Notes under the pieces: generated by a model
What the model was told of the DNA's origin: nothing
Database searches by the model: none
Seen by the model: only the letters and a program-made list of their open reading frames with translations
In this document: piece by piece, positions 9,835-17,946 of the stretch
Numbering within the stretch: position 1 is the first letter of the stretch
How the letters are laid out: each line of letters starts with the position of its first letter
Translations under genes and position numbers: made by a program
NCBI GenBank assembly: GCA_016211945.1
Contig: JACRHV010000004.1
Location: 130,649 to 194,648 of the forward strand
Direction of reading: 5' to 3'
From: Minisyncoccota bacterium
GTDB taxonomy: Bacteria; Patescibacteriota; Microgenomatia; UBA1400; UBA12028
Length of the DNA: 64,000 nt

Positions 9835-11307
9835 TTACGGCACAATCCTCAAGAGTAGAAGCGATGGTCCACTAAAAGGCCTTGGAAACGATTGCACGAG
9901 TTTGACATGTGGGTTTTCCCCAACGAGATAGCGATGCGCGTTGACAATAAGATAGGTTTCTCGCGTTTGTGCAACGGTGAGCAGGTTGTCGGGAATTTCT
10001 CGAACAGGCTGTCCAATACCATGAATCTCCAGATTGTCCGGAGTACGGTCACTGTAGATCTGTAGACCATCCGGCAACGTTCCAAAATACCCCTCTGTTG
10101 CCACGTACACATTTCCTGTTGTTCTCTGAAGATATGCGCGGACTTCCGCAATCCCATAGCCAGATGACCATGAAGTGAGATACTGCTCTTTGTCCTCTTT
10201 CACCATGGGAAAAAGAGTGGGGTTGTTCCATGAAATCGCGATGACAACAAAAGCATATATAAGAAACCCGCCAAACGTAAGATATCCTCCACGAACTTGC
10301 CATTTCTTTGCGTGAAACATGGCATCAAATCCCAACGCGGCGAACAACGTCAATGGTATAGCGAGTGGGAAAAGATATCGAGGATACACTACACGTCCAC
10401 CAGCGAGAAGTGGAAGTGCATAGAAAAGTGAAAAAAGTACGATTTGCCACCGATATTTTTGCGTAAAAAACATGGGAATAATGAGAAATGGCGTAAGGTA
10501 AAACACAATCCAAAACAGAGATCGCGGAATACTCGTAAAAAGAACATATCTCCATTCACCTCTCAACAAGTCTGTCACCGTAAAAGTGTAGTCTGCACTT
10601 CTTGAAAAAAGAGACGGAAATAATGGGGAAAACTTGAGAAGGAGAAAGAGAAGACATCCCCCGATCCCTGCGGTAATAAGTGAAAACACAGATTTTTTTG
10701 TGTATGCCGAGATGAACCATTTCACTCTCTGATTTTTTTTCGTTGTATCAATAAAAAGTGGTAGAGTTGCGTATGAAAAAATGAAAAATATTGCCGTTGT
10801 TTTTGTCCACAAGGCAGCTCCCACAGAAAAGCAAAACCCGAGCCAATTCCATATGGATGTTTTCCCTTTTACCAAATGTAGACCAAAAAACATTCCTACC
10901 GCATACAGAAATCCGAGCATCGCCTCCGCTAACGCAAGTCTGTGATACATATACCAAAACGGCGCGAATGTAACACAAGCTATTCCTATATATTCTGCTC
11001 GTTTTGATCCATCCAACAGACGAATAATTTTCATCACAACGTAAATCGAGAACATGCCGAAAACAAGTGATAACACTCTCCCCGCAAAAAGCGGATCCTC
11101 GAACATTTGAAGAAAGGGCATCAAACTCCACACGTGTAAAGGAGGTTTTCCATCAAGCATGGAGAGGAACAGATATTTGTTCGGCTCATGCAGACCGACT
11201 TGCGCCCAACGGATATAAATTGCTTCATCAGAAAAGACCGGTAGAGATGTGAGGCCTGGGAGATGTGTTAGGAAAAAGAGAAAGAGCGAAACAACAGAAA
11301 CAATCAT
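9835..11307 (-). CDS. Glycosyltransferase family 39-like (ArnT/PMT-type) membrane protein
   Basis: 490 aa. 'LPVFSDEAIYIRWAQVGLHEPN' is the characteristic DE motif loop after TM1. It has multiple TM helices and a C-terminal soluble domain. Confidence 0.65.
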   Translation of the reverse strand: MIVSVVSLFLFFLTHLPGLTSLPVFSDEAIYIRWAQVGLHEPNKYLFLSMLDGKPPLHVWSLMPFLQMFEDPLFAGRVLSLVFGMFSIYVVMKIIRLLDGSKRAEYIGIACVTFAPFWYMYHRLALAEAMLGFLYAVGMFFGLHLVKGKTSIWNWLGFCFSVGAALWTKTTAIFFIFSYATLPLFIDTTKKNQRVKWFISAYTKKSVFSLITAGIGGCLLFLLLKFSPLFPSLFSRSADYTFTVTDLLRGEWRYVLFTSIPRSLFWIVFYLTPFLIIPMFFTQKYRWQIVLFSLFYALPLLAGGRVVYPRYLFPLAIPLTLFAALGFDAMFHAKKWQVRGGYLTFGGFLIYAFVVIAISWNNPTLFPMVKEDKEQYLTSWSSGYGIAEVRAYLQRTTGNVYVATEGYFGTLPDGLQIYSDRTPDNLEIHGIGQPVREIPDNLLTVAQTRETYLIVNAHRYLVGENPHVKLVQSFPRPFSGPSLLLLRIVP

Positions 11308-11338
11308 GTGATCATTCTAACATGTGGAAAATATTGTG

Positions 11339-12547
11339 TTATTTTAGATGTTTTAATTGCCAATCTTTTTTTACTTGAGAAAAAAGAACAAATATTACCA
11401 GTCCCCCCACCCATGTTATGACCTTCTGTTGCATAAGAATTTCCTGTGTATACTCTCCGAGACGTAAAAATGGTATATATCTCAGCATGCTCGAAATTGA
11501 GAAGGCAAGATACGCAAATCGTACCCACGTTTTCTTCATAAACGGCACAAAAACCAACCCCCAGCTAAGATACCACGGATGAAACTGCTGCGATCTTTCC
11601 GTAAACAGTGGAACAAATACAAGCAATGCTGAAATTTCCGGCCAATACGCCATACCATATGAGAGAAGGCGTGGAACATTCTTGGCGAGTTTTGAGACAG
11701 CGATACACAAAAGCATTGGGACCAATAAAACCGTTACAAATTTAATCGAGATTGATGCGAGTAAAAAGACAGTTGCAAGAAGAAGTTTCCCTGCCAACTT
11801 TATCGTTGAATCCGTCGCACGCAGTGAAAACACAACACCGTACGCAAATAGCGCAAACATCATCATCCATGCATCATTATGCAGATTCCCGACAAGCTCG
11901 ATAATAATCAACGGATTCAGAAGAACCAGCCACTTCAAATAATGAAAGTCCTTTTCTCTATCGGAAATCTTTGATAAATATAGGATCGCTCTATAGAGAA
12001 GGAGCAAACCACCGACCATAAAAAGCTTAAATGCGAGATAGGTGGGATTGAATTTATGAAATCCCAAGACATACGGAAATAACGATAACGCTGTCCACCC
12101 ATAGCCATACGGAGCAGGAGTGTGTGTATTATGCATAAACCTCGTCCAATCATCGGAAGGAAAATCTAACGCAACGCGAACGTGTGGATCCGCCTGATAT
12201 TTCACTACCATGCGTGCATTAAACATGTAATTAAATATGTCATGCGAAAGCGCATTGTGCGCCACAAACATCAGGACTATAACGGTAAAAAAGAGTGACC
12301 ACTTTTCATGCTCTTGCAGGGAAGTATATGCCATCCATGCTCCAACAAAAAAAAAGAGAATTATTACGGTGAAATATACCGCGGAAAGGTCACGCTGATG
12401 GTATCCCATTTGCCACATCATTTCCTGAAATCTCCAGTACGGACCAAATGAGGAGAGAACGAGGTTGGGATCAAGTTGGGAATATGAGTATACGACATAT
12501 CCTAACGTGGAAAGAAGCACACATATATACGCGATCAATCGCTTCAT
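11339..12547 (-). CDS. Polytopic membrane protein, possible GT-C glycosyltransferase or glycan polymerase
   Basis: 402 aa, more than 9 hydrophobic helices. It has an acidic/aromatic loop 'VALDFPSDDWTRFMHNTHTPAPYGYGW'. No confident family assignment. Confidence 0.4.
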   Translation of the reverse strand: MKRLIAYICVLLSTLGYVVYSYSQLDPNLVLSSFGPYWRFQEMMWQMGYHQRDLSAVYFTVIILFFFVGAWMAYTSLQEHEKWSLFFTVIVLMFVAHNALSHDIFNYMFNARMVVKYQADPHVRVALDFPSDDWTRFMHNTHTPAPYGYGWTALSLFPYVLGFHKFNPTYLAFKLFMVGGLLLLYRAILYLSKISDREKDFHYLKWLVLLNPLIIIELVGNLHNDAWMMMFALFAYGVVFSLRATDSTIKLAGKLLLATVFLLASISIKFVTVLLVPMLLCIAVSKLAKNVPRLLSYGMAYWPEISALLVFVPLFTERSQQFHPWYLSWGLVFVPFMKKTWVRFAYLAFSISSMLRYIPFLRLGEYTQEILMQQKVITWVGGLVIFVLFSQVKKDWQLKHLK

Positions 12548-13302
12548 TTTCTATACTTCCCCATCATATCTGTAACTCGAATACGCACAAGGTCAACAAA
12601 CATGCGCATTGAGTCTTTCACAGGGTCTACTCTGTTTGTCTTCGCGTACTTCCAAAATACCGGAACCTCGGCAATCTTCATTCCGTATTTTTTTGCTAAA
12701 TAGAGGAGTTCAACATCAAACGCTCCTGTAAACGCGTCTTGTCGAACATGATGAGGACGGTAAATATACAAGTGGGGGAAAAGTTTCTCCACCGCTTCCT
12801 GCGTAAACAATTTAAATCCGCATTGTGTATCTTGAATTCCCCGAACGGTGAGTATTTGAACAGCGAGATTAAAAACCTTACCCATAATATGCCGGTGAAT
12901 CGGCTCACGTTCTCTTTTTGCCCCTTGAATTTCACGTGATCCAATAACAACCTGGTATCCCTTCTCTATAAACGGCAATAATTTTTCAATCTCCGCTATG
13001 GGGGTCGCCTGATCAAAATCCGTAAATAACCGTAGTTTTCCTGTGGCGGCCATCATTCCCGCATATACTGTAGGCCCTTTGCCTCTGTGTAGGTTATCCA
13101 ACACGCGAACGCAATCATGTAATCGGGAAAATTCGATCAAATCGTGAAGCGATCCGTCTGTTGATCCATCATCGGTCAACACAACTTCCCATGAAAATGG
13201 TTGTGATTGTAAAAACTTCAGGACATCGTCCAATACATGACGTCGAAGGTTTGATTTTTCATTGTACGACGGGATGATAACTGACAAGTGTGGTTGTTTC
13301 AT
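12544..13302 (-). CDS. GT2 polyprenyl-phosphate sugar synthase (DPM1/Ppm1-like, soluble form)
   Basis: 252 aa. 'LSVIIPSYNEKSNL...VVLTDDGSTDGS...' plus 'GSREIQGAKRE' is the DPM1-like GT2 core with the DxD 'TDDGS'. There is a 4-nt overlap with the upstream gene. Confidence 0.8.
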   Translation of the reverse strand: MKQPHLSVIIPSYNEKSNLRRHVLDDVLKFLQSQPFSWEVVLTDDGSTDGSLHDLIEFSRLHDCVRVLDNLHRGKGPTVYAGMMAATGKLRLFTDFDQATPIAEIEKLLPFIEKGYQVVIGSREIQGAKREREPIHRHIMGKVFNLAVQILTVRGIQDTQCGFKLFTQEAVEKLFPHLYIYRPHHVRQDAFTGAFDVELLYLAKKYGMKIAEVPVFWKYAKTNRVDPVKDSMRMFVDLVRIRVTDMMGKYRK

Positions 13303-13306
13303 ATGT

Positions 13307-14827
13307 TTACTGGGCAGTGTACACGTATGCTTTTACTATACCGGGATAATCACGAACTGTCAGTAAAGAACTCTTGGGATGCTCTCGCATAAATTGCTGA
13401 ATCTCAAAAATTGGAGAGCCTACGGGATCTTCTCCGTTTTCAACGAGAACGATGAGCGTATCAAGACCCGTGTATTGGTATTCAGTTTGCGCCGGAACTT
13501 TACTAACCTCAAAAAAGTAACGATATTTCATCGCACGATACTCTCTATTATCGTTCAACAAGGCAATGTTATACTTCTGACCTGGTTTTATGAACGACGT
13601 TAAATTTTGAGAAACAGAACGTACTCCACGAAAACCGAGCGGATCTTCTGTCCAGTACGGCATCCGCACAACCAAATATGTGATGAACACAAGAATACTT
13701 AATGAGAGAATATTTTTTATCCATACATTTTTTTGCATTGCCCAAGCCAACGCAGCTCCCCCAAACAGAAATGATATCGGGAAAAGAAATCCGAAATAAT
13801 GGAAATACATGGTGTCACGATAGATACTCATTCCGACAAGCGAGAGAGCCATCCAGAGTCCCACAATCGTCATTCCATGAAATAGTTTTGGCGTTTTTTT
13901 CGATTGTTTCCACACATACACAAACAACACAGTAAGTATTCCAACCACTAAGGTATTTATGCCACGCATTTCCTTAGAAAACCCGTAGAGTTCTACGGTC
14001 ATCTGCATGCTTCGTCCATGTGAATCAACAATCGCTTGCCATATGCGTGAAAGCAACGGAGAAGACCTTTGCTGATCCTGGGAAAATTCCATAAATCCTT
14101 TTACGATAAGATGGTCATGTCGCAAATCAAATGCAAAAAGTGGAAGTATGGAGAGAATTAGAATACCCAAACAACATAACGCAATACTCACCATTGTACG
14201 TAAAGGGACCCGTCCCCAAGATCTACGTAGATCATAGATCAACACCACGACAGTAGGAAGGGCAGAGAGCAGTGCAACATAATGAAGGTGTGTCAACACC
14301 GCAAAACACGTTGCAACTCCCACCCAATACCAAGGGTTTTTTTCTTGAACTGCCTTGTATGTCCACCACATCATCATAAGTCCAACGAATGGCGCCGGAT
14401 TTGGTTGCCAGCTAAACCGCGATAATTTAATGACGATGGGAGAAAAAGTATACAGAACTGCACCAACTCTTGCTCCATATTCTCCGATAACATTCCGCCC
14501 AACAAGATAGACACCCACCGACGTCATCACACCCAATAATGCAACCGCTACTGCTGGACCTATAGGACTTGGATAGGTTAAGGCGAGAAATGGTGACATA
14601 ACATAGTAGTACAGAGGACCAAGATACATTTTTCCTACACTCGTCCCTGGACCAAGAAGTGTAATATCATGATTTACCAATATTTTTTTCATGATGATCG
14701 CGTCGCGACCTTGATCATCGAGAAACTCCACAAATGTCTCAAATCTATACAGACGCAAGAATGCAGAACACAGAAGAATAACGAGTGCAAAAATATATGT
14801 TTTCCGAATCATTTCTTTGTTTTCCAA
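13307..14827 (-). CDS. Glycosyltransferase family 39-like membrane protein
   Basis: 506 aa. 'LRLYRFETFVEFLDDQGRDAIIMKKIL' is a DD/DE loop motif after TM1. It has about 12 TM helices and a C-terminal soluble domain. Confidence 0.6.
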   Translation of the reverse strand: MENKEMIRKTYIFALVILLCSAFLRLYRFETFVEFLDDQGRDAIIMKKILVNHDITLLGPGTSVGKMYLGPLYYYVMSPFLALTYPSPIGPAVAVALLGVMTSVGVYLVGRNVIGEYGARVGAVLYTFSPIVIKLSRFSWQPNPAPFVGLMMMWWTYKAVQEKNPWYWVGVATCFAVLTHLHYVALLSALPTVVVLIYDLRRSWGRVPLRTMVSIALCCLGILILSILPLFAFDLRHDHLIVKGFMEFSQDQQRSSPLLSRIWQAIVDSHGRSMQMTVELYGFSKEMRGINTLVVGILTVLFVYVWKQSKKTPKLFHGMTIVGLWMALSLVGMSIYRDTMYFHYFGFLFPISFLFGGAALAWAMQKNVWIKNILSLSILVFITYLVVRMPYWTEDPLGFRGVRSVSQNLTSFIKPGQKYNIALLNDNREYRAMKYRYFFEVSKVPAQTEYQYTGLDTLIVLVENGEDPVGSPIFEIQQFMREHPKSSLLTVRDYPGIVKAYVYTAQ

Positions 14828-16005
14828 ATGAAGGTGCTGTAGATAAGGTAGTTGACCACCATACCCAATCCGGTCGCAAATACAAGCCAGAACATGCGGG
14901 AAAGTGTTGCTTGTCCTGTAAATCCCGTACCGAGTGATACGACAAATAATTGGATGAACACCGCACCAAACGAACTGAGGTTAAATTGAATAAACTTTGG
15001 AATAATTTGACCAACTGAGGTCATTTTGCGATCACTAAATGTCCATAGGTTATTCCAGGTAAAGTTAGAAACAATCGCACATTCGGCACCCAATGCAGAA
15101 GCAAGGCCGGAAACATTCACGAATTTGAGATAAGCCATTGACTGCATCCACAGTGCAGCGTTTTGTACAACGGTCAGACGAGAAAAGACGAACAATCCGA
15201 TAGTATTGATGACAAATCCCAACAGTCCAACAAATCCAAAGCGTACGACACGCATTGCCAATAATTCTTGAACACGAACTTTTATAATATAAAACAAAGT
15301 GTTTTTTATGTATTCTGCGCCTAACTTTGAGTGTCCCATTGTTCTGTCAATAAAATGAAATGGTACCTCAGCAACAGAAAATCCTTTTCTTACAGCTTTG
15401 TGCAAAAAACCAATTTGCCAGGTATATCCTGAAAATCTCTCCCCAGTCATTTCAGGGTACACCGCCTCATACACTTTTTTTGTGATCGCACGATATCCAG
15501 TAGTCCAATCGCGAATAACAAACGTCGTCAATACAAGATTAATAAACAGATTGCCAAAAATGCTCAAAAATTTTCGATGAAATCCCCAATTCCTTGGAAT
15601 AGATCCGCCGGAAATATATCGAGATCCAAGAACAAAATCGTATCCCTCTTCTATTTTCTGCAAAAATAGTGGAATTTTTTCTGGATCGTGTGAAAAATCA
15701 GCATCAAACTCAAAAATAATATCTGCCTTCAAATCCCCAAATGCTTCTTTCATTCCAATCAGGTATGCAACCCCCAATCCGCCTTTTTTTGCGTTTGTGA
15801 GCAAGTGAACATGTGTATTTTTTTTCGTAATGTCGCGAACCACATGACCTGTTCCATCGGGTGAACTATCGTCTACAACCAAGATGTGCATCTCAATATG
15901 CGCTGGTATTTTTAGAAAAACTTCGAGGAGGCAGGGAATTAACCTGCCGATATTTTCCTTTTCGTTATATGTGGGAATAATCACAACAGCACGAATATTT
16001 TTCAT
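14809..16005 (-). CDS. Polyprenyl-phosphate sugar synthase: GT2 catalytic domain fused to a GtrA-like 4-TM domain
   Basis: 398 aa. The N-terminus 'AVVIIPTYNEKENI...VVDDSSPDGT...FDADFSHDP...GSRYISGG' is DPM1/GtrB-like. The C-terminal ~120 aa (FGFVGLLGFVINTIGLFVFSRL...) is GtrA-like. Confidence 0.85.
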   Translation of the reverse strand: MKNIRAVVIIPTYNEKENIGRLIPCLLEVFLKIPAHIEMHILVVDDSSPDGTGHVVRDITKKNTHVHLLTNAKKGGLGVAYLIGMKEAFGDLKADIIFEFDADFSHDPEKIPLFLQKIEEGYDFVLGSRYISGGSIPRNWGFHRKFLSIFGNLFINLVLTTFVIRDWTTGYRAITKKVYEAVYPEMTGERFSGYTWQIGFLHKAVRKGFSVAEVPFHFIDRTMGHSKLGAEYIKNTLFYIIKVRVQELLAMRVVRFGFVGLLGFVINTIGLFVFSRLTVVQNAALWMQSMAYLKFVNVSGLASALGAECAIVSNFTWNNLWTFSDRKMTSVGQIIPKFIQFNLSSFGAVFIQLFVVSLGTGFTGQATLSRMFWLVFATGLGMVVNYLIYSTFIWKTKK

Positions 16006-16039
16006 AGAGTTCCATTATGACACGCCAAATTTTACGATG

Positions 16040-17011
16040 CTACTCTGTTGATTTCTTCTCACTCTCAAGTTCTGCCTCAACCATAATGCGAACGAGTTCG
16101 GGGAAACTCGTTTTTGGAGCCCATCCCAACTTCTCTTTTGCTTTTGACGCATCTCCAATAAGATAGTCTACCTCTGCGGGACGGTCATATTTTGCATCAT
16201 GTTCATAGATCGCCTCCCAATCTGGAATTCCCGCTACTTCACACGCCAATCTCAGGTACTCGCGAACTTCGTGTGTTTGACCTGTTGCGATAACAAAGTC
16301 ATCGGGACTTGATTGTTGGAGCATAAGCCACATCGCCTCAACATAGTCCTTTGCGTATCCCCAGTCTCTTTTAGAGTTAAGGTTACCAAGTTTAATTGTT
16401 TTGTCTTTTCCGAGTTTTACGCGTGCAACACCGTTTGCAATTTTACGCGTCACAAACTCTAAACCACGACGAGGAGACTCATGATTAAATAAAATACCAG
16501 AACACGCAAAAAGATTATACGATTCGCGATAGTTTACCGTAATCCAATGGCCATACACCTTTGCGACACCATATGGTGAACGTGGATAAAACGGCGTTGT
16601 TTCTTTTTGCGGCGTTTCCAATACTTTTCCGAACATTTCCGAGCTTGAAGCTTGGTAGAATTTTGCATCCGGCTTTGCGAGTCTCATCGCTTCTAGTACT
16701 CGCGTTACACCCAAAGCCGTAAACTCACCTGTAAGCACCGGCTGATCCCAAGACGCCTGCACAAAACTTTGGGCCGCAAGATTATAAATTTCGTCTGGTT
16801 TGACTTGTTGGATGGCGTATGTAATCGAGTGCTGATCAATAAGATCACCGGAAATCAACTCAACCTCATGAATAATGTGTTGAATGCGCTCAAAATTTTG
16901 CGTGCTTGTTCTTCGCGTAAGACCGTAAACCTTGTACCCTTTTTCAAGTAAGAACTCCGCAAGATACGATCCGTCTTGACCAGTAATACCGGTAATCAAC
17001 GCTGATTTCAT
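16040..17011 (-). CDS. gmd: GDP-mannose 4,6-dehydratase
   Basis: '[36 protein letters not shown]' plus conserved GMD blocks throughout. The start is chosen at ATG 17009-17011, giving an ATGA overlap with the upstream gene. The ORF-track N-terminal extension is rejected. Confidence 0.9.
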   Translation of the reverse strand: MKSALITGITGQDGSYLAEFLLEKGYKVYGLTRRTSTQNFERIQHIIHEVELISGDLIDQHSITYAIQQVKPDEIYNLAAQSFVQASWDQPVLTGEFTALGVTRVLEAMRLAKPDAKFYQASSSEMFGKVLETPQKETTPFYPRSPYGVAKVYGHWITVNYRESYNLFACSGILFNHESPRRGLEFVTRKIANGVARVKLGKDKTIKLGNLNSKRDWGYAKDYVEAMWLMLQQSSPDDFVIATGQTHEVREYLRLACEVAGIPDWEAIYEHDAKYDRPAEVDYLIGDASKAKEKLGWAPKTSFPELVRIMVEAELESEKKSTE

Positions 17012-17946
17012 ATGTTCCTCCAATATTCCAATACTCTTTGTAACGTATGTTCGAGTGGAATTGTCGGATTCCACCCCAATTCTCGAATCTTTCTGTTATC
17101 TGCCACAATCTCCTTGATGTCAAGTGGGCGGAGACGTGACTCATCTTTTACAACCTTCACCACAGCCTTCGACATTCCAACTAATTTCTGAAGTACCTCG
17201 GTCATACTTATACCGACCCCTGTTCCAACGTTATACACATCGCCACCATTTCCTTTTTCCATAAGCAGAATATACGCATGTACCATATCTTTGACATCAG
17301 TAAAATCGCGGATACCAGAAAGATCTCCCACATGTAACTCGGCCTGCTTACCTTTTTCAATCATGGCAATTTGTTTTGCGAATGCAGAAACAGCAAACTC
17401 TGGAGACTGCCGTTCGCCAATATGATTGAATGGTCGAACTCGAATGATATTGAGTTTGTATGAAACTGCGTATGCATACGCCAACATATCTTGCGCTAAT
17501 TTTGAGACGGAATACGGATTGATAGGGCGAAACGGATGAGACTCAGACATCGGCAATTCGCCATCTTCACTCAGTCCATACTCTTCCGCAGAACCAATAA
17601 TAAGTGTTTTTGCTTGTGGAACAATTTCTCGCAAACCCTCAAGAATAGAAAACTGTAATCCAAGATTATTGATCAATAATTCTTCACCCTTTTGAAAGCT
17701 TTCTCCAACAAACGCAAACGAGGCAAGATGAAAAATCCAATCTGGCTTTATGTTTTCTAGTACTGTTCGTACTGCAGTTTTGTCTGTTAAGTTCACATTT
17801 ATTATGTGATCTTCTTGTAGTAAAGATGCAATAAAATCAGGTTTGCCAAACGCTGTACCATACACATCGGAATGCCCTTTCGCCAATAACGCTTCTATAA
17901 GATGCGATCCAGCAAAACCGGAAGCTCCTGTCACTAAAATCTTCAT
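17008..17946 (-). CDS. rmd: GDP-4-dehydro-6-deoxy-D-mannose reductase (Rmd-like SDR; makes GDP-D-rhamnose); GDP-fucose synthase is less likely
   Basis: 312 aa extended SDR: '[16 protein letters not shown]', YxxxK, and '[10 protein letters not shown]...RDFTDVKD', which resembles the Rmd 'RPFNHIGPGQ...RDFLDVQD' more than the Fcl motifs. It is translationally coupled to gmd. Confidence 0.65.
   Translation of the reverse strand: MKILVTGASGFAGSHLIEALLAKGHSDVYGTAFGKPDFIASLLQEDHIINVNLTDKTAVRTVLENIKPDWIFHLASFAFVGESFQKGEELLINNLGLQFSILEGLREIVPQAKTLIIGSAEEYGLSEDGELPMSESHPFRPINPYSVSKLAQDMLAYAYAVSYKLNIIRVRPFNHIGERQSPEFAVSAFAKQIAMIEKGKQAELHVGDLSGIRDFTDVKDMVHAYILLMEKGNGGDVYNVGTGVGISMTEVLQKLVGMSKAVVKVVKDESRLRPLDIKEIVADNRKIRELGWNPTIPLEHTLQRVLEYWRNI

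Noticed and set aside
17012-17074. N-terminal extension of the gmd ORF ([21 protein letters not shown])
   Set aside because: The start at 17011 gives a canonical '[15 protein letters not shown]' Gmd N-terminus and a neat ATGA overlap with rmd. The extension would overlap the rmd coding sequence by 67 nt.
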